Shown one piece after another: positions 62,169 to 63,194 of a stretch of 63,194 nucleotides of DNA. The position numbers and the translations under genes were made by a program. The notes under the pieces are model-generated. The model was not told the DNA's origin, ran no database searches, and saw nothing but the letters and a program-made list of their open reading frames with translations. Numbering within the stretch: the first letter of the stretch is position 1; every line of letters begins with the position of its first letter. The DNA is from Candidatus Pacearchaeota archaeon (lineage in GTDB: Archaea; Nanobdellota; Nanobdellia; Pacearchaeales; GW2011-AR1). The stretch covers positions 1-63,194 of the forward strand of contig JAGVWT010000001.1 of the NCBI GenBank assembly GCA_018304175.1, given 5' to 3'.

Positions 62169-63194
62169 AATAAAACATTAAGATAAGATAAACGAAATTG
62201 CTAGTTATTGTAGCAAATACTGCACCATAGACAGCGGCTAATTGACTATAATTTACCAACCAGGATATCAAGATATAGTTTAATATTACATTTAGTATAG
62301 ATGATATAATCAAAGATTTTGTTATGACCAATGGTTTTCCAATTGCTGTTAAATAAGTTGAAAAAAGAGCGTTAGCCGACATGATTATCAAAACAACCGA
62401 GAATATTCTTAAGATTTCTACTGATGGAGCATATAATTCTCCAAATACTATATTTATGAGTAGTGGGGCAAATATTAAAAAGAAAACCATTAAAATTATT
62501 GATAGAGTCATAATAATTTCCCTTGACTTTCTAAAAAGCGGCTCAAGCTTATTTCTCGTCAGTCTACTAAATATGGGAAGAAGTGCTGCTGAAAAAGTTA
62601 TAATGGGAATTGATGCCCCAATAAAACTAAATGCAGCAGAGTAGTATCCAATAAATTCTCCGTCGACAAAACCACCAAGCATTATTTTGTCTATATAGCT
62701 GAAAAAAATCCCGGATAGTGCAGTTACAGAAACAGCAAGGATGAACTTATTCAAGTTGCTTTTTTCTCTTTTCGTGATATTGGATTTTTTGTGTTCCAGA
62801 AAAGTTAAAGTTTTTTTAGAAAAGGAAAATAAAAACAAAAAAGAGATAAAGGCAGCAGTTGATAATGCCAATACAATGTAAAACATAAGTAATTCTTCAT
62901 TAACTAAATAATTCAGTGAAAGAAATATTACTGAAGAAACGAAAATTATTCTTAATGTCTGAAAAATTATTTCTTGTGTAAATATAAGCTCGAATTTATT
63001 GATTGACTGATAAGAAGACTTCAATATGCTTGAAATTTCCATAAAAAACAGGTAAACAGATCCTGCAATTAACGCCAGAAAAAGCGGTTTTTGATAGAAG
63101 CTTGTTGCTAAAAAATGTGCAGAAATCATTAAAATAAAAATGACCAGCACTAGCAATAATATTTTTAATTTTATGATATAAGTAAAATAGCTTT
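62149..63194 (-). CDS. Wzx/MATE-like flippase (polysaccharide export), 5' partial
   Basis: IDKIMLG..GYYSAA; LLPIFSRL; Y..S..IL.I; N.ILNY.LI; GA..AT. The frame stays open to the right edge. Confidence 0.88.
   Translation of the reverse strand, partial: SYFTYIIKLKILLLVLVIFILMISAHFLATSFYQKPLFLALIAGSVYLFFMEISSILKSSYQSINKFELIFTQEIIFQTLRIIFVSSVIFLSLNYLVNEELLMFYIVLALSTAAFISFLFLFSFSKKTLTFLEHKKSNITKREKSNLNKFILAVSVTALSGIFFSYIDKIMLGGFVDGEFIGYYSAAFSFIGASIPIITFSAALLPIFSRLTRNKLEPLFRKSREIIMTLSIILMVFFLIFAPLLINIVFGELYAPSVEILRIFSVVLIIMSANALFSTYLTAIGKPLVITKSLIISSILNVILNYILISWLVNYSQLAAVYGAVFATITSNFVYLILMFYFNKSYN

Noticed and set aside
1170-62644. Many ORF-track entries antisense to or out of frame with recognised genes (e.g. 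1170..1847+, 5954..6220+, 7622..7840+, 8823..9215+, 16344..16766+, 23980..24375-, 50921..51355-)
   Set aside because: They are shadow ORFs of real genes; their F/S/L/I-rich composition is the reverse complement of K/E-rich codons.
1-63194. Integrase, transposase, cas, intein or rRNA genes
   Set aside because: No diagnostic motifs were seen in any ORF or intergenic region; FtsZ, AglB and AMP phosphorylase are of normal length.

Overview
AT-rich archaeal chromosome segment read in the standard genetic code. Gene content points to a reduced DPANN archaeon, most likely Pacearchaeota-type (inference). Layout: (1) 0.1-4.8 kb, a putative S-layer protein and an AT-rich accessory patch encoding a class I hyaluronan-synthase-like GT2; (2) 4.8-14.8 kb, core genes (sepF, pfdB, rpoP, eL43, tRNA-Pro, uL11, spt5, secE, ftsZ, FKBP, aIF5A, eL40, S2P protease, uL1-uL10-P1); (3) 14.8-15.9 kb, a tRNA-Thr(CGT, intron)/tRNA-Ser(TGA) hotspot with duplicated tRNA termini, a candidate three-way-junction kissing-loop RNA and a small hydrophobic ORF; (4) 16-20 kb, AMP phosphorylase, an AI-2E transporter and FkbM; (5) 20.5-35.9 kb, the large ribosomal protein/secY superoperon, interrupted by five inserted ORFs; (6) ribose-1,5-bisphosphate isomerase; (7) 37.6-63.2 kb, a >25 kb N-glycosylation and surface-glycan cluster (aglH, aglB, GTs, B12 radical SAM, methyltransferases, a YvcK/CofD-nucleotidyltransferase-HAD triple fusion, sugar-nucleotide enzymes, a kinase and a flippase). 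Most notable signals: three apparently paralogous ~120-aa orphan genes slotted into separate core operons at stop-A-start junctions; the 1120-aa triple fusion; the hyaluronan-synthase-like gene; and the structured tRNA hotspot. Family calls come from motif recognition by eye, with no database search. No rRNA, CRISPR array, integrase or transposase was seen.
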